A DNA stretch of 64,000 nucleotides, taken from positions 61,690,001 to 61,754,000 of the forward strand of contig NC_043009.1 in NCBI RefSeq assembly GCF_006345805.1, in the 5' to 3' direction. Both the position numbers and the translations under genes were made by a program. Positions 11,777 through 24,569 of the stretch are shown piece by piece (position 1 is the first letter of the stretch; every line of letters starts with the position of its first letter). The notes beneath the pieces were generated by a model. That model saw only the letters and a program-made list of their open reading frames with translations. It was not told where the DNA came from and ran no database searches. This DNA is from Octopus sinensis (lineage: Eukaryota).

Positions 11777-14700
11777 AACATCCTTTAAGTCCAAGCGATT
11801 TTAGCAAATTTTTATGGTAGTGATAGGAATGTGACAAGCGGTATTTCCGTTGAAAGTTACACAAAATATCAATGGCTTTCATTTTCCTGTTCTTCATTGA
11901 CAAACAGCAATTTTATCAGTCCATCCTCTTAGTATTTGTTTTTCACATGCTTTAATTGAAGATGGTTACAATAGCCATAGCAGCTGAAGTTACTGTGTGT
12001 CCAACTTCGGAAGTTATGGCTTTAAAAGCCCATCCCAGTTCCATAGTTCTCAACTGCCTCTTTAATGAGGCGTTTTGTTTGTTTTTAACCCCTCACAACA
12101 AATCTCAAGATTCTATAATCAAATAATTATTTATAGTAGATTAAATAGTAATATCAATGTTTATAAAATATTAATTGCAAATTTTGGCACAAGGCCAGCA
12201 ATTTTGGGGAGGGAGTAAGTCAATTACATCAACCCCACTGATCATCATCATCATCATCATAATCATTTAACGTCTGTTTTCCATGGGTGGGACGGTTTCA
12301 CAAGAGCCGGCCAGGCCAAAGCCTGCACCAGACTTCTGCAACTGTTTTGGCAGGTTTTTCACAGCTGGATGCCCTTCCTAACACCAACCACTTAGCAGAG
12401 AGGACTTAGTGCTTTTTTACATGGCACAAGCAAAGGTGAGGTTAGTTTTCGCAAGGTTTTTACAGCTGGATGACCTTTTGAACACCAACCACTCTGCAGA
12501 GTGGACCTAGTGCTTTTTTTTACGTGGCACAAGCACAGGTGAGATCAGTTTTGGCAAGGTCTTTACAGCTAGGTGCCCAAAAGGATGGAAAGTGAAGTTG
12601 ACCTCAGTGGAATTTGAACTTGGAACATAAAGACGGATGAAAAGCCACAATGTGTTTTGCCTGGCGTGCTAACGGTTCTGCCAGCTCACTGCCTTATGTT
12701 TATTAAATATTAAAATTTAAATTCTTTTTTTAAAGTGTTCTTAAATTATGTGACATTCGTTTTTGTGACTTCTTTAATACCATCAACAATTTCATAATGA
12801 TAAATTTAAATTTCTCACATGTAAACTTAACATTATTTGAAAGAGAAATAAAAAAAAAATTCTCTTTTTATTCATATATTAACTCGTGATTAATTAAACA
12901 GGTATAATTAACACTTATCCATCAGAGTACTATTGTCTTCAAACTAAGTGAATCCAACTTGTCTTTTACTCTTCCGATTCTTCCACTGCATCATGCTTAG
13001 ATAATAACAACAACAACAACGATAACAACAACAATATTAAGGATTATTAAAATGGTAAGGATGCAAGAAATAGTGAAATTAGATGCATTAGTAAGTAAAA
13101 AAAAAAAAAAATAGTGCATGGAAACTCTATCACCACCGCCACCGCCACCAGAAAGAAAAGCAGGCAACAGCAGCAGCTGTGGAGCAACAACTGCTGCTGT
13201 ATGACAACACATGCAACTGTACAGCTGCAGTTCTTACTGTACAGCAGTTGCTGCAACTGTATAACAACAGCCCTTGCTGCACAATAACTACGACTGTACA
13301 GCAACAGTATGGCAAGGCAATGAATAGCGACCACCTGATTGCAAGATGTTTGGGTGAGAGGAAGATTGTGATCTGCCGGGGAGCAATCACATCTTACCTG
13401 TGTCTAAAGACAACGGTGCACAGCTGACTCTTTGGGAATCATGGGAAATACTACGCAATATCTCGCGACCTAAATGGGTTAGAAAAACACATGGTAGAAA
13501 GAAAGAGAAAGATCGAGAAAAAATACGGGTCATAGTAATCATGCACCGTTTCCCTCTTTTTTTTTTTTTTGCAATCCCTTTTTTTTTTTTGTTTTCCTCT
13601 TTTCTTTGTTGTTGATGCTGCAGTTCAGTCAACTCTGCTCCAGAGGGTCCAGAAGATCCATTGCTTGGATGTAGTTGGTTGAATGCTTGAGTGAGATCCA
13701 AAGATATGTCAGGTTTTGGGTTTTGTAAATGAACACCTCCTACACTACACTGTCACTTAACAGTAGTGTGACTGTAGTGGGATGGTGTAGACATGTATGC
13801 GATATAGTGTAATTGCAATAGTGTGAGAGAGTAAACATGTACAAATATAGTTTGTCAGTGAAGGCAGCGTCTGGTGTAGTATGATAGTATGTGGTGTAGC
13901 ATAGATATGTATGATATAATGTGGTAGTGATGACAATGTCTGGTATAGTATGATTTGATAAAGTAGACTGAGTGATATTATGTTGTGGGAAACAAAGTGG
14001 TGTAGTATGATGGGGGGACACAGAGTGTTGTAAGATCGTGTGGTGGCGTAGACATGTGAGGAGTAGTACAGTATTGAAGACATATTGTGTGATAGTGAGG
14101 TCATGTTGTGTGGTATGGTGGTGTAGTGTTGTGAAGATACTGAGTGGCGCACAGTGCCATCTTAAGGCATGCACACACTGGCAGTTGCTCCGAAGCTTCA
14201 AGAGTCCAGGGGCCCAGCTCTGATCTATGTATGCTGTGACTTGCTGTCAATCAATATATACTATAGTGCCTGGTGCATTGATTTTCCCAGGGGGCCTATA
14301 ATAGTGTTAAGACAACCCTGGTGGCACAGTTTGGTAGTGAGGACACGTGTTGGATGTGGTATGGCATGGTAGTAAGGTAACGTTGTTGTGTGGGGTCTAG
14401 TATAGTTGTGAGGTCATATCGTGTGGTGTAGTTTGGCGCCGAGAACTGTGTGATGTGTAGTGTGGTAGCCGAATAATTTTGTGTTGTGAGGTAATTTGAA
14501 TATGTTGTGAGATATGCAGAGAGAGCAGGATGAATGTGTGGATGTTGTGTTGTTTGTAGTATAGTAGTGAGGACATGTTGGGTGATGTATGTCAACACAG
14601 CAAGTTTGTTTGGAGTGTAGCAAGACAGGTAGAGAGAGTTGTGTGATGGGGGTGTTATATGAGGGGGGTGCTGAAAACTTCCTGGCTTTGGGTAAAAGAA

Positions 14701-17700
14701 AATACAGGAGGATCAGTTAATTGTGATTTTATTCAACATATTCCCTTCTCAGATTCACACACTTATTGCAGCGGTCCTTCAGGTTTTTTTCAAAGTCCTG
14801 CAAAAAAACTCGGAAGGTCGGGCCTCCAACCAGGCTTTTTGCGAGACCCTTAAAGCCAGGAACTTTTCAGTATTCCCTCATAATGCAAACTGAGACAGTT
14901 GCAGCTAGTTGGGTCCAACTGGCTTCATACCACTAGAGAGAGTTGTTTGTATAAACCTCTCTGAGTGATGGCATTAGAAAACTGAGTGAGCTCATGTAAA
15001 ATTTCCTTTTCTTTTTCTTTACAGAAATAGCAAATTTATCAGCAATGCTCAGCAAGTAAAAGTATCTATCTATAAGAAATGGAAATGTTGAGTTAGAGGA
15101 ATGCATAGCTACTAAACCAGAAAAACATATATTTGATGAGCTGTTTCAAAAAGTGGACATCAGTTGGAAGAAGAGCTTCTGTGTAGCTGCCTCCCAAATC
15201 ATAAAGCTGTAGGTATGTTCTGCAACAGTTGTAATTAATAACTATTCACACTTCATAGTTTAGAGATGAGTTTAATAGTTTGACTAATTAGTGAAGATCT
15301 AAGAATCTACCAAAATATAAGAAATAATGTTTGTATATTATTCACTTTTTAACCCTTTTGTTACTGTATATATTTTGAGATGCTCTGAGTTTCTTTCAAT
15401 TATTTTGAATATAACAAAGAATTTAGTAAAATAACTTTGTTATCATTAAGCTAGTGTTAGGAACATAAATTGTGACTAAGGTTTGGTGGAAGATTTTAAT
15501 TCAAAACTTATGAAAACAAGACATTTGAACTCAGAGCCAGAGCCGGTTTCAGCCGGGTTGGTAACAAAAGGGTTAATCTTTTTTTTTAAGATCTAAAACA
15601 GAAAATTACTGTTTTGCTGTAATCATAGAATTGTAGAAATATCACTTTCTGTTCTGTAGTATTGTAGTGGATATTACTGTATGTATGGCTATAATGCAGA
15701 GATGACATTAGCTGTAGTACCATACTATAGAGTTATTACTAAGTGTACAATCATATAAATATATTACTAGCTGCACTATTTCTATTGTCATATTCTTTTA
15801 CTTGTTTCAGCCATTTGACTGCAGCCATGCTGGAACACTGCCCTTAGTTGAACAAATCAACCCAAGGACTTATTCTTTGTAAGCCTAGTACTTATTCTAT
15901 CAGTCTCTTTTGCCGAAATGCCAAGTTACAGGGATGTAAACATAACATTGGTTGTCAAGTGATGGTGGGGGTACTAACACAGACACACACACGCACACAC
16001 ACGATGGGCTTCTTTCAGTTTCTGCCTACCAAATCCACTCACAATGCTGAGTCTATGGTAAAAGACACTTGCCCAAGGTGGCATGCAGTGGGACTGAACC
16101 TGGAACCATATGGTTGGGAAGCAAGCTTCTTACCACGCAGCCATGCTGTAGAGATATCAGTAGATGTACTATCATATTGGAAAGATATCACTAGATTTAC
16201 TAAGTGTACTGGATGTGTGGTCACATTTATAACTATCACTAGCTGCACTGCTATATTGCAGAAATATTTCACCATCTTGATGAGATCTCACTGGTATGCT
16301 GTAGAGATATCACTGGATGCAGTGCCATATTGTAGAGCTATTACTCACCAACCATACAGTTATATTGCAGAGATAATACTTAGCTCTACTGAAATATTGA
16401 AGAGATATTACTAATTGTAATGCCATATTGAAGATACATAATCAATTGTATTTGTTTTTCAATGGTTTAGTCAGAGAAAGAAGAGCAATACCCACGACCT
16501 TCTTTTGTAGGACCCTAGTAAAGGAAAATGGAGGATAAAACCATGATTAATGGATTACACCAACACTACACACCTGGTCTGAATGTTTGCAATGGAGTGG
16601 ATCCTGTGAAAGGCATCCGATGACCAAGTGGTTGTGCTAAATTGTATGATAAATTAACTTTATCATCATAGATAAGACAGTACATTAAAAATGATAAGGG
16701 CTTTTTCAGAACAAGTTAGAATTTTTTCAAATTGCAGCTGGGTGGATAAGGTATTATATATCCAGTCTACCCAGTCTTGAGTAATGAGTTCAAATCTGTT
16801 GTAACCATTTTGTTGTTTATGAACAGAACAGCATAATTTATCTTATCTCTGTTCATCAAAATATCAGGATTAAACACCTGATATTATGTCAATGTTAACA
16901 GTAATAGACTGGCATCCTGTCCATGGCTTTGCCATGACTTGATAAGCTTTCTCCACAATGACCGGGTTTTCACTTGAGTTGGCCATTTATCATGATCAAT
17001 TTCTTTCCACTTCATATTCTTTTTTTGCAGAATCTTTGAATCTCAGTCTAGGTTTTCCATGATTTCTTTCCCCTTGTATAATTGTGAGTAAAGGAGTTGT
17101 CTGGGGAGTCTGTTGTCCATCCTCTGTAAGTGTCCCAACCAGCATAAATTTCTATCAGTGAAGATTTCCATCACAGGAGGAATACCAGTACACCATACAA
17201 CCTCTTCCTTCCTGATCTTGTCACAGCTCTCTTATTACATGTGCATATAATTTGAGCATTATAGATTGTCCATGTTTCAGCTCCATACTGCAGGGAAGAA
17301 AACACTACATCTGCTCAATGCCACGGAAACAGAACTAAGGGCTCGTTCTCAGGGTTTTCGCAGACATATAGCTTTATTCAGCAGTTGGAATATTTCTGAG
17401 GGTCATAACAGTCAGCAGAGGGTATAACAAGTCTGCACTAGCTATAAGCAGTCACTTTTTGGGGATATAAATGTCCTTACCTCTAGTTGAAATAGTTACA
17501 CCTGCTTGTAAATTTTACTACCTCTGGTTATAGCAGTCACCATATTTTATTCTTTTCAGACATCTACACACTATGTATATACAATAAACATGTAGACAAC
17601 ACAACCATACAACATAAATGTTATCTGAATATATATATATATCTATATATACAATAGAAATAAAGACACTGTGTTTACAGAGTACATATTTACCACTTCC

Positions 17701-20700
17701 ACAACAGTAATGGTTTCAATTCCCCTGAACATGAAGACTATGCAATACTCATCAACTCAATACAAATATATCTCTTCATTATATTATATCTACCATGTGT
17801 CCCCTCAAAACTTGTAAACACTTTAACCAGTCCTTCTTCTCCAGAGACCTACCCCACCCACTGAATCACCTCCAACAATTACTGTGATTAAGATAACCAA
17901 ACTTAGAGTATTGAGCCCTTAGGCAGTATCTTGGTACCTTGTGGTGGTACTTTTGCAGTTACCAAAGTAATTTGTTAGTGTCTTGGTCATGCAAACTAGT
18001 TTAAATATAAAATACAGCAAGTGGAGAAAAATACAAAGTGAAAAGTTCAATTCCAAACCACAGCTCTACTAATGCATGCAGATAAAGATTAGAAAACAGT
18101 AACAAGGAGAATAAGAATAAGAATAAGAAGAAGAAGAAAAATAAGAAATGTATATATTTCAAAAGAGAAGAGAAAATGGTGCAGAGTGAAATGTGTAGAA
18201 ATTGGAAAGTCTTTGAAGATGCAAAAAAAAAAAACCTGACTAACCGGAAACTGTGTCTGATGTTGCACCACCAGGTGGAACCAAAGGTGGTGTTTCCTGA
18301 ATCTGTTTCCAGGAAATTGACTGTTGAGATGTTGGCACCAGAAAACGACTGTAAGAAACATCTTGCTGCAATAACACATGAAAGAAAATATGATGAGATT
18401 ATGAATTACTATGATTAGCTGTGCATGGGAGAGAGGGAGGATTAAAATCGTTATCTTTCTTATTTTATTTAGTGTTTCTCGTTAATTTTTCCAGGGTTAG
18501 CCTGAAATGGATGAAATAGCTAGGATAAAACTGAAAGCAATACTAAAATTTGACAATATTTTATCATCACAATAAGTAAGTAAATATAACAAATTTTTTT
18601 AAAATTCAAAAGTATTTGAAGATCAGAGGTCAAATGTTCTGTATTTATCATAACAAGAAGGGACCATCAGCTTATTCACACAACCTGTTAAAGATAATAA
18701 CAAAATCACCCTCAAAATCACATCCTATTGTCTTAGGAGAGGATGGTCACATTGAATAATGTAGTCCTAAATATGCTGTCAATGAAATAAAGACAGGCTG
18801 GTTACAGGTGAATTGTATTTGATTTGATTGTAGACCTACTCTTTCAGGATTGACCTGGGGTTAAACATCCATAATTTATGTTGAAAAATGCAGTTTTATT
18901 TGTGTTTTTTTAAAATTATTTCTTAGAACTGTTGAACCATGTTAGAATTACCTACAGAATTTGGTCACCTATGAAACAAGTAAAAGAAGATAAAAGAATT
19001 TGATTGTCTGCCTGTAGGTCGACCGAGGTCTCAGTTATTCCCCTTACTCTCAGTCTGAAACTAGGTGAGTGTGTATGAAGATGTTTCTTATAGGTGAGTG
19101 TGTATGAACGCATTGTTAAGACGATCACGATGCAATCTTGAGGTCTTGCAATTAGATCCCACCACACAACACCTTGGACAAATTGTTCCCTACCATCGTT
19201 TTAAGTCGATTGAATCCTTGCGTAGACAGAAGCCTTGAGGAAGCTTGTACAATGGACTGCACTTTGTTGGGATTGCTCTAATAGAAGTTCAATATCATGG
19301 TTCAAGTGAATGGTTTCGGTTGGAATTGACTTCAAATTTGAAACTCCTGAGGAGAACTTGGGCATGAACGAGGACTGTGTCTTGGTAGAGTAGTTTGTAT
19401 TCTAACTGAGGATTATGTGATTATGTTATGTATGCAAGTGTATATGTAACATATACTAAGTTATATAGTCTATAATACAAGGAGCAGATAATTACACTTG
19501 TTTAGTGTGTGTGTGTGTGTGCGCGCATGTGTGAATAAATACAAGATCCAAGAATCGAGGTGTAGGGAGAAAGTTAGCTTCAAGCATTCTATAGTAAATA
19601 TAAAAAACAACTTTCAGGGACAATAGTGGTTTATTGAGACGGGAGGTTGTGGATTTTTTTCTTAGTAGGATAAACTGAAAAAAGTTCTTTTATATTTCAG
19701 TAGGTGACCAGCGTTCCCAGGTATGCGAATAAGAATACAAGAGTTAAGGAATGGAGTAGATAAGATCTGGGCTACATGCTCCATTTATTTAACAAATGTA
19801 ATATATATATAATGTATATTTTGCACATTACTTAATCTTTCTTATATGTTTTATCTTATATTTAATCTTTCTATAATATGTAATTTTTCTAACTGGTATA
19901 ATTTAATTTTTCGTAATTGAATTGATAAAAGGTGGGTTTTTTTCTAATTTATATATATATATTTGTTCATTTCATGTCCATTTTCCTTGCTTGCACGAGT
20001 ATGACAAATATATTATTGAAGCAGCGTCTTGTAGCGTGAAACCCTTCCTGTTCTTCAATTAAGAGATTTCTTATTCCACATGTCTACAAAGAAGCAAAAC
20101 GAGTAGACAAGTTGTCGACAGGAGAGATGACAACAACAGTTTTTCTCAAAGTGACTGTCATGAAGGGAAAATGTAAAGAAACATACAAATGCACATATGT
20201 CCATATGAGGCTTTTTAGTTTTGTGACTTGTATGCTGACTTTACTAGTGTTGGTACAACAAAAATAAAACACTTGATACACTCTGTAAAGTAACTGGTGC
20301 TAAGAAGGGTATCAAGGTGTAGAAAAATTGCTATAGCTGATTTTGGTGCTTGATACAGTTCTGGAATTTGTTGAATTTTGTCAAATTGTGCAACTCATGT
20401 GAGCATGGAAGACAGACATTTCCATCTACCAAATTCACCGACAAAGGTTTAGTTGGTTTGGGGCTAAAGTACAAGTTCTTACTGAAGGTGTCGTGCAATG
20501 AGATTGAATTTGAACAGACATAATTAGGAAACTTCTTAACTACAAAGCAATGCTTACATCTGTACACAGCTATAACAGTGTCCATTATATGTATGAGTGT
20601 GTGTGCATAAGTCTATTATTTCTTTCAGCTGGTTCAAGAATAATGTTGATGCTTACCTGGCCTTCAACCTTTTCAATAGCTTCAATTGCAAGGTTTGCCA

Positions 20701-22428
20701 GCCCATCATAGGTACAAGTTGATGTCCTTTGACCAGAATGTTGACGTAAACGAGTCTCTTCCTGATGGATCTCTAATCTGCAAAACAATGACAAAAGTAA
20801 TGAGAAAAAGGGGGCAAATTTATTAAATATGTATACATATCTTTATGTGAATAGATACATTGTAACTGCATTGAATTCAATGTGTGTGTGCATATAAGAC
20901 ATGAATGGATGTTTGAGATTGTATGTGCGTGTATGTATATGTGTGTGTGTATTTGTCAGTACATAAGCAGTTACAACGTCAATAATAATATACTTTTTTT
21001 AATTGCAAAGTCTTTGATCTGATCTTCCAAATTAATCTTATCTCACACATCTGCTTCTAAACTTAATAGAGATAAGGCATCTCGAATATTATTCAAAGCA
21101 AGTTTGAAGTGATTTCTTTTGTGCCACAAATCATTTACCATTTCTACAGTGACTGAATCACATGCTTCTTTTGTCCAATAGTTAATACAGCATTGATGAT
21201 ACCTACATATAGATGATGATGATGATGATGATGAATACATTATATTTAGTTACGATAAGAGTTCAATTTTCCAAGTGTATGTTTTATTTACCAGTAAGAA
21301 GTAGGGGTTAGGACCCATACCTTTTTCTATTTTCCCAAGTGTAGTTTCTCCTGCACTGGAAGACAAAGATGATGTTGGCATGGTTGATGTTCAGTGTTGA
21401 GATAATAGACATATAAAGCATGTAAACACCATCTATAGATAGGTATCCTCAATGCTGTATTAATTATTGAGCAAAATAAGCACATGCTTATGGTATCAGG
21501 GGAAGGAGGGGGCACCACAGAAATGGTAAATGGTTCACAGCACAAAAGAAATCACTTTAAACTTGCTAAAATAATATTTAGGATGCCTTATCTCTACTAA
21601 GTATGGAAGCAGATGTGTTATATAAGATTAATTTGAAAGATTTGATCAAAGACTTTACAATTAAAAAGAGTAATAAAAAAAAGTCTTCATGTGAACGTGA
21701 CCTGGGTGTTATTGTCGACAGTGATTTGCGTTGGACAAAACACATCGCTAAAATTGTCAAGAAGGCTGAGGGGGTCTTGGCATCACTCACCAAATCCTTT
21801 GTGAGCCGCTCTCTGACTATCTATCTGCAGCTTTATATAGCTATGGTAAGACCTCACCTGGAATTTGCATCACCGGTCTGGAACCCCTATCTTGCCCAGG
21901 ATATCAATCGTCTGGAAGCCGTTCAACGACGTGCAACCAAAAGAATACCCTCCATCAGGCATTTGCCATATTCTGAATGCCTTACTTCCCTGGGCATGGA
22001 TACATTGAAACTCCGACGTCTGGCAGCTGACTTGGCAGACACCCATAAAATTATCAACCATCGTACAAACAATAACTCTGAGCACCTTTTCAAACTCCAC
22101 CCATCTAACAACACCCGTGGACATATTTACAAAGTCAGAAAACAGCACAGCTCCCATGACTTTAGGAAACATTTTTTCATGCTGAGAGTTGCTGAAGCAT
22201 GTAACAAATTGCCGGCATCAGTTGTTAGTTGTCGGAGCACTGCATCCTTCAAAACTTCCATGCTTTCTGAGATTCGCCAACACTACACCTGATTTTCTCC
22301 CCTCCATACACACACAAGCATGTATCTGACTCATGCATTGTTCGCTTTCCAGACATTTGTACATTACTGCATGTGCTTTATATGCACTGTCTGACAAGTT
22401 GTGGTGCACCTGAGCACTGTATACAATA

Positions 22429-22460
<32 letters not shown>

Positions 22461-23276
22461 GTAGGAGAAAATTTTTCAAATATAAAGTGGAAGTATACAA
22501 AAATAAACATCAATTTTTCATCTTAATGTTAGTTTAGTTTCATTTTGAAAAGTAAAATATCTATTTTATGGTTTATTATTGCTTATATTTTGGATTATAT
22601 ATATGGGGGCACCAAAATCTTTTAAGTGCTTAGGGCCTCTATGCGTCTTAATTCAGCCTTGGATATCATGTAGGTAGACACAAAGTTTATACAGTAGACA
22701 ATGCAGTTATCTAGTCAGATAAGAAGACAGGGCCTATCTAGAGACATCTACAGGGGCAAGTCTTCAGCATAGTTAAATAAATACATGAAAATAGGCTGGA
22801 AAAAACAACAACAATTTGTAAAAAAGGAATCAAAGAATATTTGTAAAAATTATTTATGTAACAACTTACTTGGAGCCGTGTTGTGTAGATCTGTGGTAGG
22901 GAATTACGGAAAAAATGGCTAAAGGAACTTTTGTTTGACTCACAAGTAACACTCTACAATGAAAATTAAACATTATTACTTTTTGTCACAGGATCAATGG
23001 ACAATAACAAAGTAAATGGCTTTGCTAAAAGTAATTTAAGACTGAAATGAAGGTTACAAGTTCAATCTCTACCATCAATAAGAAACTTATATAACACACA
23101 CACACACACACCACCATCATTTAATGTCTGTTTTCCATGCTGGTAAAACTAGCCCCCCCACCCAATGGCTCCAGTTGTCTGTTTTGGCTTGGTTTTTGTA
23201 TGGTTGGATGTCCTTCCTAATGCCAGCCACTTTACAGAGTGGACTGGGTGCTTTTTATGTGACACCAGCACTAGTA

Positions 23277-23311
<35 letters not shown>

Positions 23312-23316
23312 CATAA

Positions 23317-23361
<45 letters not shown>

Positions 23362-24001
23362 CACATATATAAACACATATATATACATACACAATGGATA
23401 ATATACATATATATATACACACACACACACACTGAGACCCCCTTAGGTCATGACTGACCATGGGATTGCACCTAGAAAGTTACCCTCCCAGGTACAAGTT
23501 CGGGCAAGGTTGTTTATGGAAGACCAGCAGTTGCCCATGCATACCAACCTCCCCTCTCCACACCATCAGTGTTATCCAAGGGAAAGGCAAAGGGGTCGAT
23601 ACAGCTTGGCACCTGTGACGTCGCAACTCATTTCTACAGCTGAGTGAACTGGAGCAACATGAAATAAAGTGTCTTGCTCAAGAACACAACATGCAGCCCA
23701 GTCCAGGATTCGAGCTCACAACCTCATGATTTTAAGTTCGACGCTCGAACCACTGAGCCAATGCAGAGAAGTGTATTGTGATCAGTGGTGTATAACAACA
23801 TCTGATCATCTTGTCAATATAGTAATATATATCATCATCATTTTCCATGTTGGTTTTAATCATCATCATCGTTTAACGTCCACTTTCCATGCTAGCGTGG
23901 GTTAGACAACTTTGACTGAGGGCTGGAGAACCAGATGGCTGCACCAGGCTCCAATGTTGATCTGGCAGAGTTTCTACAGCTGGATGCCCTTCCTAACGCC
24001 A

Positions 24002-24032
<31 letters not shown>

Positions 24033-24527
24033 GATACATACATACATACATGCATATATATATACTGTGGGAAGAAGAGAATCCTAATGAATAAAAAACA
24101 TGGAGAAATATTTTTCTCTCTTAGACTAAGAGTTTACCTGAAAGATAAGGGATTCTCTTCCCCATATATGCACCTGTCCCAATTTACTCAATTCACAACA
24201 CACATGCAAACACATTTTTTACTGGTCCCATTGGAGTGACACATAACCATTCCTAAAACAACATTGACAAATGCTCTATAAAAGATGGATACAGGCATGT
24301 TTGAGAAAATAGCAAACTGGGATCTCTAAACATTATTATTGCATTCTCACAGCATTTGTTAACTCTGAATATCCTTGCTAATCTTCAATATCTTTGCTAA
24401 CCCTAAATGTTTCTTGCGTGTTTCTCATTTAACCTCTTTGTAACTTTCAAAACTTCTATAAATTTTTCTCAAAGATGCTCCTGAATTCTTGTTCTAAGAA
24501 AGGAAACACCTGATGCATTTCTTAAAC

Positions 24528-24569
<42 letters not shown>

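Noticed and set aside
13627-13641. Partial complementarity of the upstream intron to the 72-nt exon
   Set aside because: Only 13 of 15 pairs including a wobble; within chance expectation.
13387-13701. 104-aa minus-strand ORF as one exon
   Set aside because: Only 13398-13469 has proper splice sites; the rest crosses homopolymer runs and the polypyrimidine tract.
21603-22292. 229-aa ORF as a host or domesticated gene
   Set aside because: Chance in-frame fusion of a hAT remnant (first ~27 aa) to a 5'-truncated CR1 RT C-terminus; it lacks the RT catalytic core.
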